64,000 nt of DNA from Hyalangium minutum (lineage in GTDB: Bacteria > Myxococcota > Myxococcia > Myxococcales > Myxococcaceae). The notes beneath the pieces were generated by a model that had not been told where the DNA came from, searched no databases, and saw only the letters and a program-made list of their open reading frames with translations. Shown here in pieces: positions 46,134 through 56,288 of the stretch (the stretch's first letter is position 1; every line of letters starts with the position of its first letter). The stretch spans positions 62,001-126,000 of the forward strand of contig NZ_JMCB01000018.1 of the NCBI RefSeq assembly GCF_000737315.1, read 5' to 3'. Made by a program: the position numbers and the translations under genes.

Positions 46134-49100
46134 TCATTGGACCGCGAACACCAAGTCATCCCGGTCGTCGTACGAGCCGGTCGTGCACGTTCCGGCGCTG
46201 CCTCCGTACCGGAAGTTCCCCCGGACCGCTTGCAAGGTCCCCGAGGGGAGGACGTACGTCGCTGAGAGCACCCGGGAGCCGGTGGCCGTCGGCGTCAACG
46301 TCGTCAGGTAGGTCCAGACGGGGTTGGTGGCATCGCTCGCGTAGTACAGGTCCAGCTTGTCCGAGCCGCCGGCGGTGTAGGCCCAAACGGTGACGTCGAT
46401 CTGCACGGTCTTGCCGGGAGCGAAGGGCGTCCCGTCCAGCGTGTAGATGGCGATTTGGTCGAGGGACTCGTCCCCGTGGTAGCTCCCTGTGGTGCCGTCC
46501 GCACAGGAGCCCTGGAGGGTGTTGGGCGCGTTGGTCTCCGGGCCAAGGTTCGCGCGGCCGCTCAGGAGCGCCCCCGAGTCACACCTCGCCCCGGTGGCTC
46601 CGCACTTGGGAGCCTTGAGCACCGGATCGTAGCTCGCCCCGCCGGGGTTGTTGACGGTCACGCTCAGGGTGGCCGTGCCCACGTTCCCGGCCAGATCGGA
46701 GACCGTCGCCGTCAGGGAGTACGTCCCATTGCCCCCCTGGAGCGTGTTCCAATCGATGCCGTAGGGGGCAGACGTATCCGTCCCGAGCAGGGTGCTCCCC
46801 CGGTAGAAGTCCACTTTCTGAACGCCCCGGTCGTCGCTGGCCGTGGCGGTGATCGTGACGGTTCCCGCCACCGTGGCGCCGCTCGTGGGGGAGGTGATGG
46901 ACACCGTGGGCGAGGTGACGTCGTTGTCCACGAGCACCGTGACCGCGGCGGAGGTCCCCACATTCCCAGCCGCGTCATAGGCCTTGGCGGTCAGGCTCCG
47001 GATGCCATTGGCCACCGTCCGGCTGTTCCAACTGAGGCTGTACGGAGCGGCCGTGTCCGTGCCGATCAAGGTGGTGCCTTGATAGAGCTCGACCCGAACG
47101 ACGCCGCGATCGTCGCTGGCCGAAGCCTGGAGAGAGACCGTCCCGCTCACCGTCGTGCCCGCGGTGGGGGCGGTGATCGACACCGACGGCGGGGTGAGAT
47201 CGTTGCTCACGGTAACCGTGACCCCCGAAGAGGTCCCCACATTCCCCGCCGCATCGTAGGCCTTGCTGGTGAGCGTATGGCTTCCGTTGCCGTCCGTCAG
47301 GGTGTTCCACGAGAGAGAGAAGGGCGCGCTGGTGTCCGTGCCAGCGAGCCGCGCCCCCACATAGAACTCGACCTTGGTGACGCCGCGAGCGTCGCTGGCC
47401 GAGGCGCTCAGCGTGACGCTCCCGCTCACCGTCGCGCCCGCGGCGGGAGCGGTGATGGCGGTGGCGGGGGGCGTGGTGTCAGGGACCGACTGGACGGCGA
47501 AGACGAGATCGTCGTGGTCGTCGTAGTCGTAGGTGGTGCACGGGAGGGTATCCGTACCGTACCGGAGGCTGGCGCGAATGGCCTGGAGGCTCCCGCTAGG
47601 CAGCGCATACGTCGTCCGGAAGACTTGGGTGGTGTTGGTGGTACCGATGGGCGAGAGCGTGGTGATGAGCTGCCAGGAAGGGTTGGCGGCGTCCGCGGCC
47701 TTGAAGAGGTTGAGCTTGGCGGACGAGTTGGCCCAGACCTTCGCCTCGATCGTCACGGTCTTCCCGTCCGCGAAGCTGGTCCCGTCCGCGGTGTAGACCT
47801 TCAAGGAGTCGATCGAGAGACCCACGTGGTAGGAGTCACCGCTCTCGGTGGCGCACGACCGGTTGAGGGTGTTGGGCCACCGGAACTCCACAGTCCCCCG
47901 GCCGTCGACGAGGACCCCGGAGAAGCAGCTGTTGCCCACCGTGCCGCACTTGGGGGCCTGCAGCGTGGAGTCGTAGCGAGCCTCCTGTCCGCAGTTCGGT
48001 GCCGTGCAGGCGGCCCCATCGTCCTGGAGGAGCTCGGCGTCGTAGAGGTTCCCCCAGATGCCACTGCCGCCGGCCACCAGGATCTTGTCCGTGCCCACGA
48101 GCGCGGCGGCGGAGAAGTCGCGCACCCGCTGCAGCATGCCGATGACCTCCCAGGTGCCGCTGGAGGCGACATAGCGCTCGACACTGCCGACCGGGGTGTC
48201 GTTGGAGCGGCCTCCGAAGAGGATCGCGTGGCCGAGGGGCGAAACCATCACATGGTGGAATTCGCGTGGGGAGAACGGCGCCTGGGTGTCGCTCCAGGTC
48301 CCGGTGGCCGGATCGTAGAGCTTGGCCGTGGACCAGGTAATCATCAGGACCTTGCCGCTCGGGAGCAGGGTCAGGCTCGTGAAGAGCGCGCTGGCGATGG
48401 AGGTGTTGCCGGTCTGAGACCAAGAGTCGGAGACCGGGTCGTAGAGCCAGGCATCGCTGTAATAGGTCTGACTGCCGTTGGTGCCGCCGGTGATCAGGAC
48501 CCGCCCGTCGGCGAGGCGAGCGGCGGCGTGGCGCCTCCGGGAGACCGCCGTGAAGTGCGTGGATTGCGTGGACTGCCAGGTCCCAGTGGCGGGGTTGTAG
48601 AGGACGGACTGCGCGAAGGTGGATCCCCAGTCGTCCACGCCTCCCACGACCAGGACCTTGCCATTGGGGAGGAGCGTCGCGGTGTGCTCGCGGCGCACGT
48701 TCATGGCTCCCGTAGCGCTCCAGGTGCCGGTGGTGGGATCGTACAGCTCGCACGTATTGGTGCTCGCGCCTCCGATCACGAGGACCCGTCCGTCATTCAG
48801 GAGGGTGGCCGTGTGGGTGGAGCGCGCCGCGCTCATGGAGCCCGTGGGGGTGAAGGTCCCGGTCGCAGGGTCGTAGAGCTCGCTGGATTGCAGGTTGCCG
48901 CTGTTGTAGCCGCCCGCGATGAGCACCTTGCCATTCTGCAGGCGAGTGGCGGTGGCGCCGGTCCGGTACGCGGACATCGAGCCAGTCATCGTGGAGGTGA
49001 GACTGCTTCCCGTCGTCCCCAGGGGCTCTTCTCCGGGAGAGAGGGGAGGCTGTCCGCACGCGAGGTGCAGAGCCGCCAGCACCGCGACGTACCTGACGAG

Positions 49101-49139
49101 GCCACTTCCTGGGTTCGCGCCGACGTCCTGGGTCTTCAT
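46134..49139 (-). CDS. Kelch-repeat + 3x bacterial Ig-like + 2x Cys-rich module lipoprotein
   Basis: Lipobox HLAC; about six Kelch blades (HTATLL.(D/N)G(R/K)VL..GG..E.YDP.TG.W); three D.T.P...IT.P..G.TV.G.V Ig repeats; two APKC...DLVFAVQ modules. Confidence 0.88.
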   Translation of the reverse strand: MKTQDVGANPGSGLVRYVAVLAALHLACGQPPLSPGEEPLGTTGSSLTSTMTGSMSAYRTGATATRLQNGKVLIAGGYNSGNLQSSELYDPATGTFTPTGSMSAARSTHTATLLNDGRVLVIGGASTNTCELYDPTTGTWSATGAMNVRREHTATLLPNGKVLVVGGVDDWGSTFAQSVLYNPATGTWQSTQSTHFTAVSRRRHAAARLADGRVLITGGTNGSQTYYSDAWLYDPVSDSWSQTGNTSIASALFTSLTLLPSGKVLMITWSTAKLYDPATGTWSDTQAPFSPREFHHVMVSPLGHAILFGGRSNDTPVGSVERYVASSGTWEVIGMLQRVRDFSAAALVGTDKILVAGGSGIWGNLYDAELLQDDGAACTAPNCGQEARYDSTLQAPKCGTVGNSCFSGVLVDGRGTVEFRWPNTLNRSCATESGDSYHVGLSIDSLKVYTADGTSFADGKTVTIEAKVWANSSAKLNLFKAADAANPSWQLITTLSPIGTTNTTQVFRTTYALPSGSLQAIRASLRYGTDTLPCTTYDYDDHDDLVFAVQSVPDTTPPATAITAPAAGATVSGSVTLSASASDARGVTKVEFYVGARLAGTDTSAPFSLSWNTLTDGNGSHTLTSKAYDAAGNVGTSSGVTVTVSNDLTPPSVSITAPTAGTTVSGTVSLQASASDDRGVVRVELYQGTTLIGTDTAAPYSLSWNSRTVANGIRSLTAKAYDAAGNVGTSAAVTVLVDNDVTSPTVSITSPTSGATVAGTVTITATASDDRGVQKVDFYRGSTLLGTDTSAPYGIDWNTLQGGNGTYSLTATVSDLAGNVGTATLSVTVNNPGGASYDPVLKAPKCGATGARCDSGALLSGRANLGPETNAPNTLQGSCADGTTGSYHGDESLDQIAIYTLDGTPFAPGKTVQIDVTVWAYTAGGSDKLDLYYASDATNPVWTYLTTLTPTATGSRVLSATYVLPSGTLQAVRGNFRYGGSAGTCTTGSYDDRDDLVFAVQ

Positions 49140-49252
49140 GAGAAACAGATTAAACCAATTTTACAATAATCACATAAAATTCTGCCATGGCAGCTTTACC
49201 TGCGAGTCGGATTCCTTGCTAGAGAGCTGAGGACTGAGGGCCTCCGCCTCCG

Positions 49253-50299
49253 TCATCTTGAGCCGCTGTCTTCGTGCCTCATAGCGGCTCCGGGCGTGAA
49301 GAACACCTTGCCCGCCGTCATGTCCGAATTGGCCATACGCAGCGCCTCTGACGCCGAGTCCAGTGGCAGCTTCGCGCGCACCTGCGTCTCGAACTCCTTG
49401 CCCAGCAAGAGCGGCACGTCCACCAGCGCCCGGACCCGATCCTTGCCGAAGCCACCCTTGAAGAAGTCCGCGAGCCAGAAGCCCTCGAGCTTCTTCTGGT
49501 GAAAGATGAACTCGCTCGGACGGATGCGACACTCCTGCTCGGAAAGTCCTCCGACGACGATCACCGTGCCCCCGTCCACCAGTGCTCGCGCCAGCTGCCC
49601 CGTCATCGGCCCCGCCACCGAGTCGAACGCCAGCGACACACCCAGTTCCTGACACCGGAGCCGCAGCCGCTCCTCGAACTCGGGCTCGCTGCTGTTGAAC
49701 ACGTGCTCCGCGCCAAGCTTGCGCAGCATCTCCTCCTGCTCGGCCCGGCGCACCACGTTCACCAGCGGAAGCTTCTCCTTGCGCGCCAGCTTCTGCACCA
49801 TCCGCCCCAGCGTGCTCGCCGCCGCGCTCTGCACCAGCGCCTGGTGCTTGCCCCGCCGCGCCAGCTCCATCAGCGCCCAGGCCGAGAACGGGTTCACGAA
49901 GAAGCTCGCGCCCTGCTCATCGCTGATGCGCGGCAGCAGCGGCAGGCATTGCCCCAGCGGCACCACCACGTACTCGGCCCACGTTCCGTCCGTGCCCGGA
50001 GTAGGAATGCACCCCACCCGCCTCCCCACCAGGATTCGCCCCGCCAGGCTCCCCGCCGCCACCACCGTCCCGCTGCCCTCGAAGCCCGGCACCGCCGGCA
50101 GCGGCTTCTTCACCCCGTAGAGTCCTCTGACGAACATCAGATCCGACGGGTTGATGGGCGCCGCCGCCACCCGGACCAACACCTGCCCCGGACCGGGCTT
50201 CGGCACCGGCATCTCCGTCACTCGCAGCGACTCGGGCCGGCCGTCGTAGGCCGTGAGGCACAGCGCTCGCATCGTCTCGGGGAGGGCGGAGGTCGTCAT
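49253..50299 (-). CDS. Medium-chain dehydrogenase/reductase (NADPH:quinone/enoyl reductase-like)
   Basis: VRVAAAPINPSD, PGFEGSG, GTWAEY and QSAAASTLG; no catalytic Zn ligands evident. Confidence 0.88.
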   Translation of the reverse strand: MTTSALPETMRALCLTAYDGRPESLRVTEMPVPKPGPGQVLVRVAAAPINPSDLMFVRGLYGVKKPLPAVPGFEGSGTVVAAGSLAGRILVGRRVGCIPTPGTDGTWAEYVVVPLGQCLPLLPRISDEQGASFFVNPFSAWALMELARRGKHQALVQSAAASTLGRMVQKLARKEKLPLVNVVRRAEQEEMLRKLGAEHVFNSSEPEFEERLRLRCQELGVSLAFDSVAGPMTGQLARALVDGGTVIVVGGLSEQECRIRPSEFIFHQKKLEGFWLADFFKGGFGKDRVRALVDVPLLLGKEFETQVRAKLPLDSASEALRMANSDMTAGKVFFTPGAAMRHEDSGSR

Positions 50300-50370
50300 C
50301 CGCAGACCTTTTTATTCGCCCACGCGTTCCAACGGGAACCTTTCTCTCGCCCGCCGCGTCGGAGTTCCCG

Positions 50371-51573
50371 ATGTCCGCCACTGTCCTGCAGCTCCACCAC
50401 CGCGAAAGTTTTGAGCGAAACGTCTCCCGAGCGCTCGCCGCTGGAGCTGGCGCCGGCCTGCTGCACCTGGCCACCCTCAAGGCCGGTGTGCCCCTGCCCC
50501 TGGCCTACCTCGCCATCGCCTGCACCCTGCTCGCCGTAGCCCGAGGCGACAAGTGGGACCGGCTCCTGCTCTCGGGCCTCGGCGTGGTGCTGCCCGCCCT
50601 CCCCTACGCGCTCGGCATGGCCCCCGCGTGGACGGCGGGACTGAGCGCCTCGGCGGCCGGAGCCCTGCTGGTGCGCGCTCACCTCAATGAGCGGGGCGAG
50701 GAGGGCCAGGTGGGCGAGCGGCGCCCCACCCTCGTCAACTACGTGCTCGGAGCGCTCCTGTGCTCCGCGCTGACGCTGGGAGGCGTGGAGGTGGCGCGCA
50801 TCCTCGCCGCACGGCTGGTGGAGCTGGCCACCCCGCTGCTGCTCGGCGCGAGCGTGGCCGGGGCCGTCGTGGGCCTCTTCGTCGGCCTGAGCTCCGTGGC
50901 CGCGCACCTGGCACTGTCCTCGGATCCCGTGGAGGCCCGCTGCGAGGAGCTGCTGCCTCAGCTCTCGGGAGACTTCCACACCCTGGCCGAGCGCGCCCTG
51001 ACCCTCTACCGGCAGTGCGGCCGCTCCCTGGCGCAGCTCCCCCGAGAGCCCGCCCGAGAGGAGCTGGCCCGGACCATCGCCAAGATGACGAAGGACGCCG
51101 TGGAGCTGGCCTCGGAGTGGGCGGGCGTGGAAGCCCAGCTCGAGGAGCGTGCTCAGACAGAGCTTCAAGCGGAGCGTGAGGAGCTGATCCGCGCCGCGAA
51201 GGCGTGCATCGACGAGGTCGCTCGCCGGCAGCTCGAGTCCGCCGCGGCCTCTCTGGCCGAGGAGATGGAGCGCCTGGGAGAGCTCAAGCTGCGCCGGGAG
51301 CGGATCCTCGCGCGGCTGCGCGCTCAAGTGGCCCAGCTCGACCGGGCCCGCGTGGCGCTCCTGTCGCTGCGCAGTGGACACGCCCAGATGAAGGCAGCAG
51401 AGCTGTCCGCGCTGACCCGCCGATTCCGGGCACTCTCCGCCACCCAGCTCGACGAGGGCCAGACCATGGATGCCGTGGCCGCCCAGGCCACACTCGCACA
51501 GATGGCGCCGATCACTCCCATCGCAGACAGCACGCCCTCGACGGCGCCGATGGAGCCACAGCGGGAGTCCTGA
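50371..51573 (+). CDS. Hypothetical membrane protein with C-terminal coiled coil
   Basis: About 5-6 hydrophobic helices in the first ~180 aa, then heptad-rich E/L/A/R helices. Confidence 0.75.
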   Translation: MSATVLQLHHRESFERNVSRALAAGAGAGLLHLATLKAGVPLPLAYLAIACTLLAVARGDKWDRLLLSGLGVVLPALPYALGMAPAWTAGLSASAAGALLVRAHLNERGEEGQVGERRPTLVNYVLGALLCSALTLGGVEVARILAARLVELATPLLLGASVAGAVVGLFVGLSSVAAHLALSSDPVEARCEELLPQLSGDFHTLAERALTLYRQCGRSLAQLPREPAREELARTIAKMTKDAVELASEWAGVEAQLEERAQTELQAEREELIRAAKACIDEVARRQLESAAASLAEEMERLGELKLRRERILARLRAQVAQLDRARVALLSLRSGHAQMKAAELSALTRRFRALSATQLDEGQTMDAVAAQATLAQMAPITPIADSTPSTAPMEPQRES

Positions 51574-51611
51574 GCGTCACCTTGATGCTCCGGCTGCACA
51601 TGCAGTAGAGC

Positions 51612-52574
51612 GTGGGTGGCATGAATCCACCAGATGGAGCCCCCGCCTCAGCCGCAAGTCCGCAGCCCCAGGACGAGGCCAGTGTTCAGGATGTCTCCGC
51701 CAGGCTCCGCTCGCTGGAGGTTCGCTTCCGCGAGTTCGAGAAGGCCTTTGGGCCCGAGCTCGTCACGGATACAGCGTTGCTGGGTTGGACTCGCGATTTC
51801 GAGACCCTGGTGACCCTGATGGAGGAAGGCCGGGCCAACATTGCGCAGTTGGGGCCGCATGCGGCCAGGGTGGACAACATCCGGCTCAACGGGCGTCAGG
51901 CCATCGCCAAGCTCATCCAGACGACTCCTTGGCTCACCGCGGAGACCCACGGCGAGATGCAGGCCATTGTGGATCGGCTCCCTGCCTACCGTCAGGTGGG
52001 CCCGTACCGCTTTTCGTCCGATTGGATGTCGAAGTGCGAGCCCGACTGGCGCCGCGTCCTCGCGCCCCTCATGGGCCGCCCGGAGGTGCGAGCGCTGGAG
52101 ATCGGCTCCTACGAAGGCCGCTCCGCCATCTGGCTGCTCGAGAATGTGCTCACCCATGAGACCAGCCGCATGGTCTGCGTGGACCTGTTCGCCGCGCCTT
52201 ATGGCCAGGTGTTCGACGAGAACCTCGCCGCCAGCGGCGCTTCCCAACGCGTGGAGAAGCTCGTGGGCCTCTCGGGGAGCGCGCTGCGCCGCCTCCCCCC
52301 AGAGCCCACCTTCGACCTCATCTACATTGATGGCTCTCACAAGGCCTTCGATGTGCTCGAGGACGCGGTGCTGAGCTGGCGGCTGCTGCGGCCAGGCGGC
52401 GTGATGATCTTCGATGACTACGAGATGGCGGCCCACCACGTCCCGAGCAACAAGCTCGACCGGCCTGACATTGGGATCGACGCGTTCCTGAGCGCCGCCG
52501 CGACTCAGTCCGAGGTCGTCCTCAAGGCCTTCCAGGTCATCGTCCGCAAGAAGGAACTGACCTCACAGCCGTAA
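51612..52574 (+). CDS. Class I SAM-dependent methyltransferase (Methyltransf_24-like) with N-terminal helical extension
   Basis: LEIGSYEGRS, CVDLF, FDLIYIDGSH and LRPGGVMIFDDY. Confidence 0.85.
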   Translation: MGGMNPPDGAPASAASPQPQDEASVQDVSARLRSLEVRFREFEKAFGPELVTDTALLGWTRDFETLVTLMEEGRANIAQLGPHAARVDNIRLNGRQAIAKLIQTTPWLTAETHGEMQAIVDRLPAYRQVGPYRFSSDWMSKCEPDWRRVLAPLMGRPEVRALEIGSYEGRSAIWLLENVLTHETSRMVCVDLFAAPYGQVFDENLAASGASQRVEKLVGLSGSALRRLPPEPTFDLIYIDGSHKAFDVLEDAVLSWRLLRPGGVMIFDDYEMAAHHVPSNKLDRPDIGIDAFLSAAATQSEVVLKAFQVIVRKKELTSQP

Positions 52575-52600
52575 GCTCCCACTCCACGGCCAAGGGTAGC

Positions 52601-53284
52601 TCACGGCTTGCGCTGCCCTGGCGTGTACCCCAGTTCCCGAAGCGCCGCTGCGGTACGGGGGGCAACGGCCTCGCCTCGCTGCAGCATGCCGTGCAGCCTG
52701 TCGAGATCCTCTGGCTGGTCCACGTCGAACCAGGGCTGGAGGATCGTCACACTGGCCCCCAGGTTCCTCAGGTCGCCGATGATCTTTGTCGTCTCGGGCC
52801 CCTTCAGAAACGAGAAGCCCCCGTACCTATGTCTCGCCTCGCGCCGGACACCGATCAGATAGGGGATGTCTGAGTGATCCGCGCCGAGCACCACATCCTG
52901 ATACTGGAGCGCGTGGTATGCGGCTTCGAGCCGGCTCACCGGCATGCCGGGAATGTCGCTGGGGCACAGAATGAAGAAGGGAGCCTCCTCCAAGGCGCGC
53001 TCCATGGCCCAGAACGCGACCTTCTCGACGCTCTGCTCGAGTGCCCAGACATCAACCTCCCCCTCCAGCTGCAAGTCCTCGCGTCCCCCTACTCCCATGA
53101 CGATGACGGGGCGCGCCCACGTCAGCGCATGAAGGGGAGCCCAGATGTCCTGGAGGAAAGCGTTCGCGAGAACCCCCGCCCCCTCCCCTCCCACGGCGGG
53201 AGTGAGGCGCGTCTTGGCCACTCCCGGCCGAGGGGGCTTGGCGAGGATGAGGATGTAGCCACGCTGCGTCGAGCCGCTCTCCAA
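52601..53284 (-). CDS. DUF2064 / TIGR04282-like (CofC-related) nucleotidyl/glycosyltransferase
   Basis: Start re-called to TTG 53284 (GGAGG RBS upstream). AKPPRPGVAKTRL, SDIP, DVVLG and WFDVDQPEDL. Confidence 0.8.
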   Translation of the reverse strand: MESGSTQRGYILILAKPPRPGVAKTRLTPAVGGEGAGVLANAFLQDIWAPLHALTWARPVIVMGVGGREDLQLEGEVDVWALEQSVEKVAFWAMERALEEAPFFILCPSDIPGMPVSRLEAAYHALQYQDVVLGADHSDIPYLIGVRREARHRYGGFSFLKGPETTKIIGDLRNLGASVTILQPWFDVDQPEDLDRLHGMLQRGEAVAPRTAAALRELGYTPGQRKP

Positions 53285-53530
53285 GACGTTCTCCCTCCAG
53301 GGCCGAGGATGGTGCGGACCATCGTGCACCGTCCGGTATCCTGAGAGAATCGAGATCCGCGGGACCTGGAGTGTCCAAGATCTGTCCACACTGGACAGGG
53401 GCTTGCTTCCCTGGCTGCCCATCCCCCAGGGAGGAGACAGCCAGCCGCCACACTTGCATCACTGGCTTGTTTCCGTCCCCTCACACGGCAGGCGTAGGGC
53501 GGTCAGAGGGATCCGCTACATCTTGTGAGC

Positions 53531-55276
53531 ATGAGCCATTCCTCGATCAGTGGTGCCGCTGAGCCCCCTGCCTGGCTCTGGAATGGGGAGGAGCCTCGGA
53601 TCATCTCCGCCTTCCAGCCCATCGTGGACCTGATGACCGGGGAGCCGATTGGCTTCGAGGTGCTCTCCCGAGGCATGGACCCTGTGCAGGCCGCCCACAT
53701 GCTCTTCAGCAAGGCGCGGGTCGAGGGCGTCACCTTCGAGCTGGAGCGGGCGTGTTGGACAGCGGCCGTCCGCCAGATTGCCCTCCTTCCGCTGGAGGCC
53801 AAGCGCGTCCCCTTCTTCTTCAACGTGGGGCCCGAGGTGCTGAGCGATCCGCGCTTCCACGATGGCTCCGTGCTGGAGCTGCTCGCCCGGTACGGCGTGA
53901 GCCCCCGTCAAATCGTCCTGGAGATCACCGAGACAAGCACCTTCGCGGACTCGGAGCAGCTCAGGCAGATCACCCGCCAGTGCATCGGCCATGGGTTCGG
54001 CATCGCGCTGGATGACTTCGGGGCAGGACACTCGGGGCTGGTAACGCTGGTGCACAGCGCGCCGCAATTCATCAAGCTGGATCAGGCGTTGGTGCGGGAC
54101 ATCCACCGGCACGGCTACAAGCAGCACTTGGTGAAATCGCTGGTCGCCTTCGCCTCCAGCGTGGACAGCACCCTCATCGCCGAGGGCATCGAGACCTGGG
54201 ACGAGATGAACGTGCTGCTGCGGCTGGGCATCCGCCACGCGCAGGGCTTTCTGGTGGCACGGCCCGCGAGCCAGCCGCCCCGCCCCTCCGAGGAGTTCCA
54301 GCGCCACCGCCGCGAGGCCCTCCGCGCGCTCCACTACCAGAAGGACGAGGACGACGAGACGGTGGGCGGCATCGTCATCCGCCGCCTCTGCCTGGACGCG
54401 GGGACGAAGACCGAGGAGTTGGACCAGCTCTTCCGGCGGACTCCCGGCCTGGATCACGTGGTGCTCCTCGCGGGCGACCGGCCCCACGCCTTGGTGATGC
54501 GCCACCGCTCGGAGCTGACCGCGAACGAGCGGCCGCTCGTGGTGGAGGACACCTTGAAGATCCCCGCCCTCGCGAGGGCGGCATTGGGGCGCGCGCCCGA
54601 GTCGCTCTACGAACCGGTGGTGGTGACGAATGCACAGGGACGGTTCCTGGGCACGGTGACGATGAAGCAGCTCATCGCCCGGGCCACGGACCTGGAGGTG
54701 CACGCGACCACAGGCGCCCACCCGCTCACGCAGCTCCCGGGGAACCGGATGATCGAGCGATGGATCCGGCAAGCCCTGCGCGGCTCCTCTGGGTTCACCG
54801 TCATCTACGCCGATCTGGATCGGCTCAAGGAGTACAACGAACGCCACGGCTTCCCTCGGGGAGACCAGCTCCTTCGCCTCACGGCGCGAGTGCTCTCCGA
54901 GAGCCTGCACCTGCTGCCCTCGGGAAGCCATCTGGGCCATGTGGGCGGGGACGACTTCGTGCTCGTGTGCCCTGGCGAAGTGAACCCCGAGGCGCTGGAG
55001 GCCCTCTGCCAGCGCTTCGATGAGGAGAAGCGCGCACTGTTCGACCCGGGCGAGTTGGAGCGAGGGTTCTTCGAGGCCACGGATCGGAAGGGCAACCGCG
55101 TGCAGGTTCCCCTGGTGACGCTGAGCCTGGCGGTGCTCGACAGCCGGCGGATGGGCGGGACCGTGCACCCGGCCTCGCTCTCCGGCCTGGCGGCCTCGCT
55201 GAAGAAGAAGGTAAAGGAGCAGGCCGCCACCTCGCGCACCAGCGCGTTCATGTTCGAGCGCCGCGCACAGGTGTAA
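53531..55276 (+). CDS. EAL-CBS-GGDEF c-di-GMP metabolising protein
   Basis: FQPIV, EVLSR, EITE, DDFGAG, IKLD, AEGIET and QGFL (EAL); YEPVVVT...FLGTVT (CBS-like); DLD..K.YN..HG...GD and GGDDF. Confidence 0.9.
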   Translation: MSHSSISGAAEPPAWLWNGEEPRIISAFQPIVDLMTGEPIGFEVLSRGMDPVQAAHMLFSKARVEGVTFELERACWTAAVRQIALLPLEAKRVPFFFNVGPEVLSDPRFHDGSVLELLARYGVSPRQIVLEITETSTFADSEQLRQITRQCIGHGFGIALDDFGAGHSGLVTLVHSAPQFIKLDQALVRDIHRHGYKQHLVKSLVAFASSVDSTLIAEGIETWDEMNVLLRLGIRHAQGFLVARPASQPPRPSEEFQRHRREALRALHYQKDEDDETVGGIVIRRLCLDAGTKTEELDQLFRRTPGLDHVVLLAGDRPHALVMRHRSELTANERPLVVEDTLKIPALARAALGRAPESLYEPVVVTNAQGRFLGTVTMKQLIARATDLEVHATTGAHPLTQLPGNRMIERWIRQALRGSSGFTVIYADLDRLKEYNERHGFPRGDQLLRLTARVLSESLHLLPSGSHLGHVGGDDFVLVCPGEVNPEALEALCQRFDEEKRALFDPGELERGFFEATDRKGNRVQVPLVTLSLAVLDSRRMGGTVHPASLSGLAASLKKKVKEQAATSRTSAFMFERRAQV

Positions 55277-55291
55277 GAACCGTCCCGGCCC

Positions 55292-56248
55292 ATGCCGAGC
55301 CCCACCGAATCCGCCCCCCGCCCGCGGCGCTTCCACGACGAGCCGCTCATCCTCATCCACCACCACCTGAGGAAGTCCCTCGACGCTGGCCGCACGTGCA
55401 TCGAGGTGCCCGACCCGGACCTCGGCCGTGGCTGCTATCCGGGAGAGCGCGTGGGGCCGGGCGGTGGACTCGTGCACCGTCCGCTGCGCAGTTGGTGCGA
55501 TTTGGCCGAAGGCCTCGCGTGCCGGCTCCTCACGCCTCGCGCCGTGGACGAGACCCATGTGGCGCTCACCTTCGAGCGGCTGGGGCCCGAGGCGCCCTGG
55601 CATGCGGGCGGAGAGGACGCTGGCGAAGCCCTCCCATCGCACGAGCGCTATGGCTCGGACTCCGCATTCGCCCGGCTGCGCAAGCTCGAGGACGCGGGCT
55701 TCCTCCTGCCCTGGCTCGAGGCGCTCGGGCGCATCTCCCTGCCCGCAGGCGCACGGGTCCTGGACCTGGGCGTCAACCGCGGGGATGAGCTGGCCGCCTT
55801 CGCGTGGCTCGACGGCTCACCGGAGGTCACCTTCGTCGGGGTGGACCACAGCGCCAGTGCGCTCGCCGAGGCCCGCTCGCGCTTCCCGGACGCGCACCAT
55901 GAGTTCTTCCTCGCCGACCTCAACGCCCTGCCGGACGGGCTCGGGCGCTTCAGCCTCGTGCTGTCGGTAGGCACGCTGCAGAGCCCGGGCGTGGACGATC
56001 ATGCGCTGCTGCGGAGGCTCGTGCAGGAGCACCTGGAGCCACAGGCGGCACTGGTGCTCGGCTTCCCGAACTCGCGCTTTCGCGATGGAGAGGTGGTGTA
56101 CGGCGCCCGGGTGCGCAACCTGCGCGAACCGGACCTCTCCCTGCTGGTGAAGGACCTCGCCTTCTATCGCCGCTATCTGCACCAGCACGGCTTCCGCACC
56201 TTCCTCGGCGGCAAGTACGATCTGCTGCTCACCGCGATCCGGTTCTGA
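55292..56248 (+). CDS. Class I SAM-dependent methyltransferase with uncharacterised N-terminal domain
   Basis: VLDLGVNRGDE (motif I), GVDHS, ADLN and LVLSVGTLQSP. Confidence 0.8.
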   Translation: MPSPTESAPRPRRFHDEPLILIHHHLRKSLDAGRTCIEVPDPDLGRGCYPGERVGPGGGLVHRPLRSWCDLAEGLACRLLTPRAVDETHVALTFERLGPEAPWHAGGEDAGEALPSHERYGSDSAFARLRKLEDAGFLLPWLEALGRISLPAGARVLDLGVNRGDELAAFAWLDGSPEVTFVGVDHSASALAEARSRFPDAHHEFFLADLNALPDGLGRFSLVLSVGTLQSPGVDDHALLRRLVQEHLEPQAALVLGFPNSRFRDGEVVYGARVRNLREPDLSLLVKDLAFYRRYLHQHGFRTFLGGKYDLLLTAIRF

Positions 56249-56288
56249 TAATCGGTGGGCCCGCATCAGGAAGGCGGACACGGAGCAC

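Noticed and set aside
46600-49000. Periodic repeats that might be a CRISPR array
   Set aside because: They are degenerate, in-frame protein repeats (Kelch, Ig). There are no identical 25-40-nt repeats with unique spacers and no cas genes.
49141-49200. Possible sigma-54 promoter in the AT-rich region upstream of the Kelch gene (TGGCAG on the minus strand)
   Set aside because: There is no GC at the -12 position with the required GG-N10-GC spacing.
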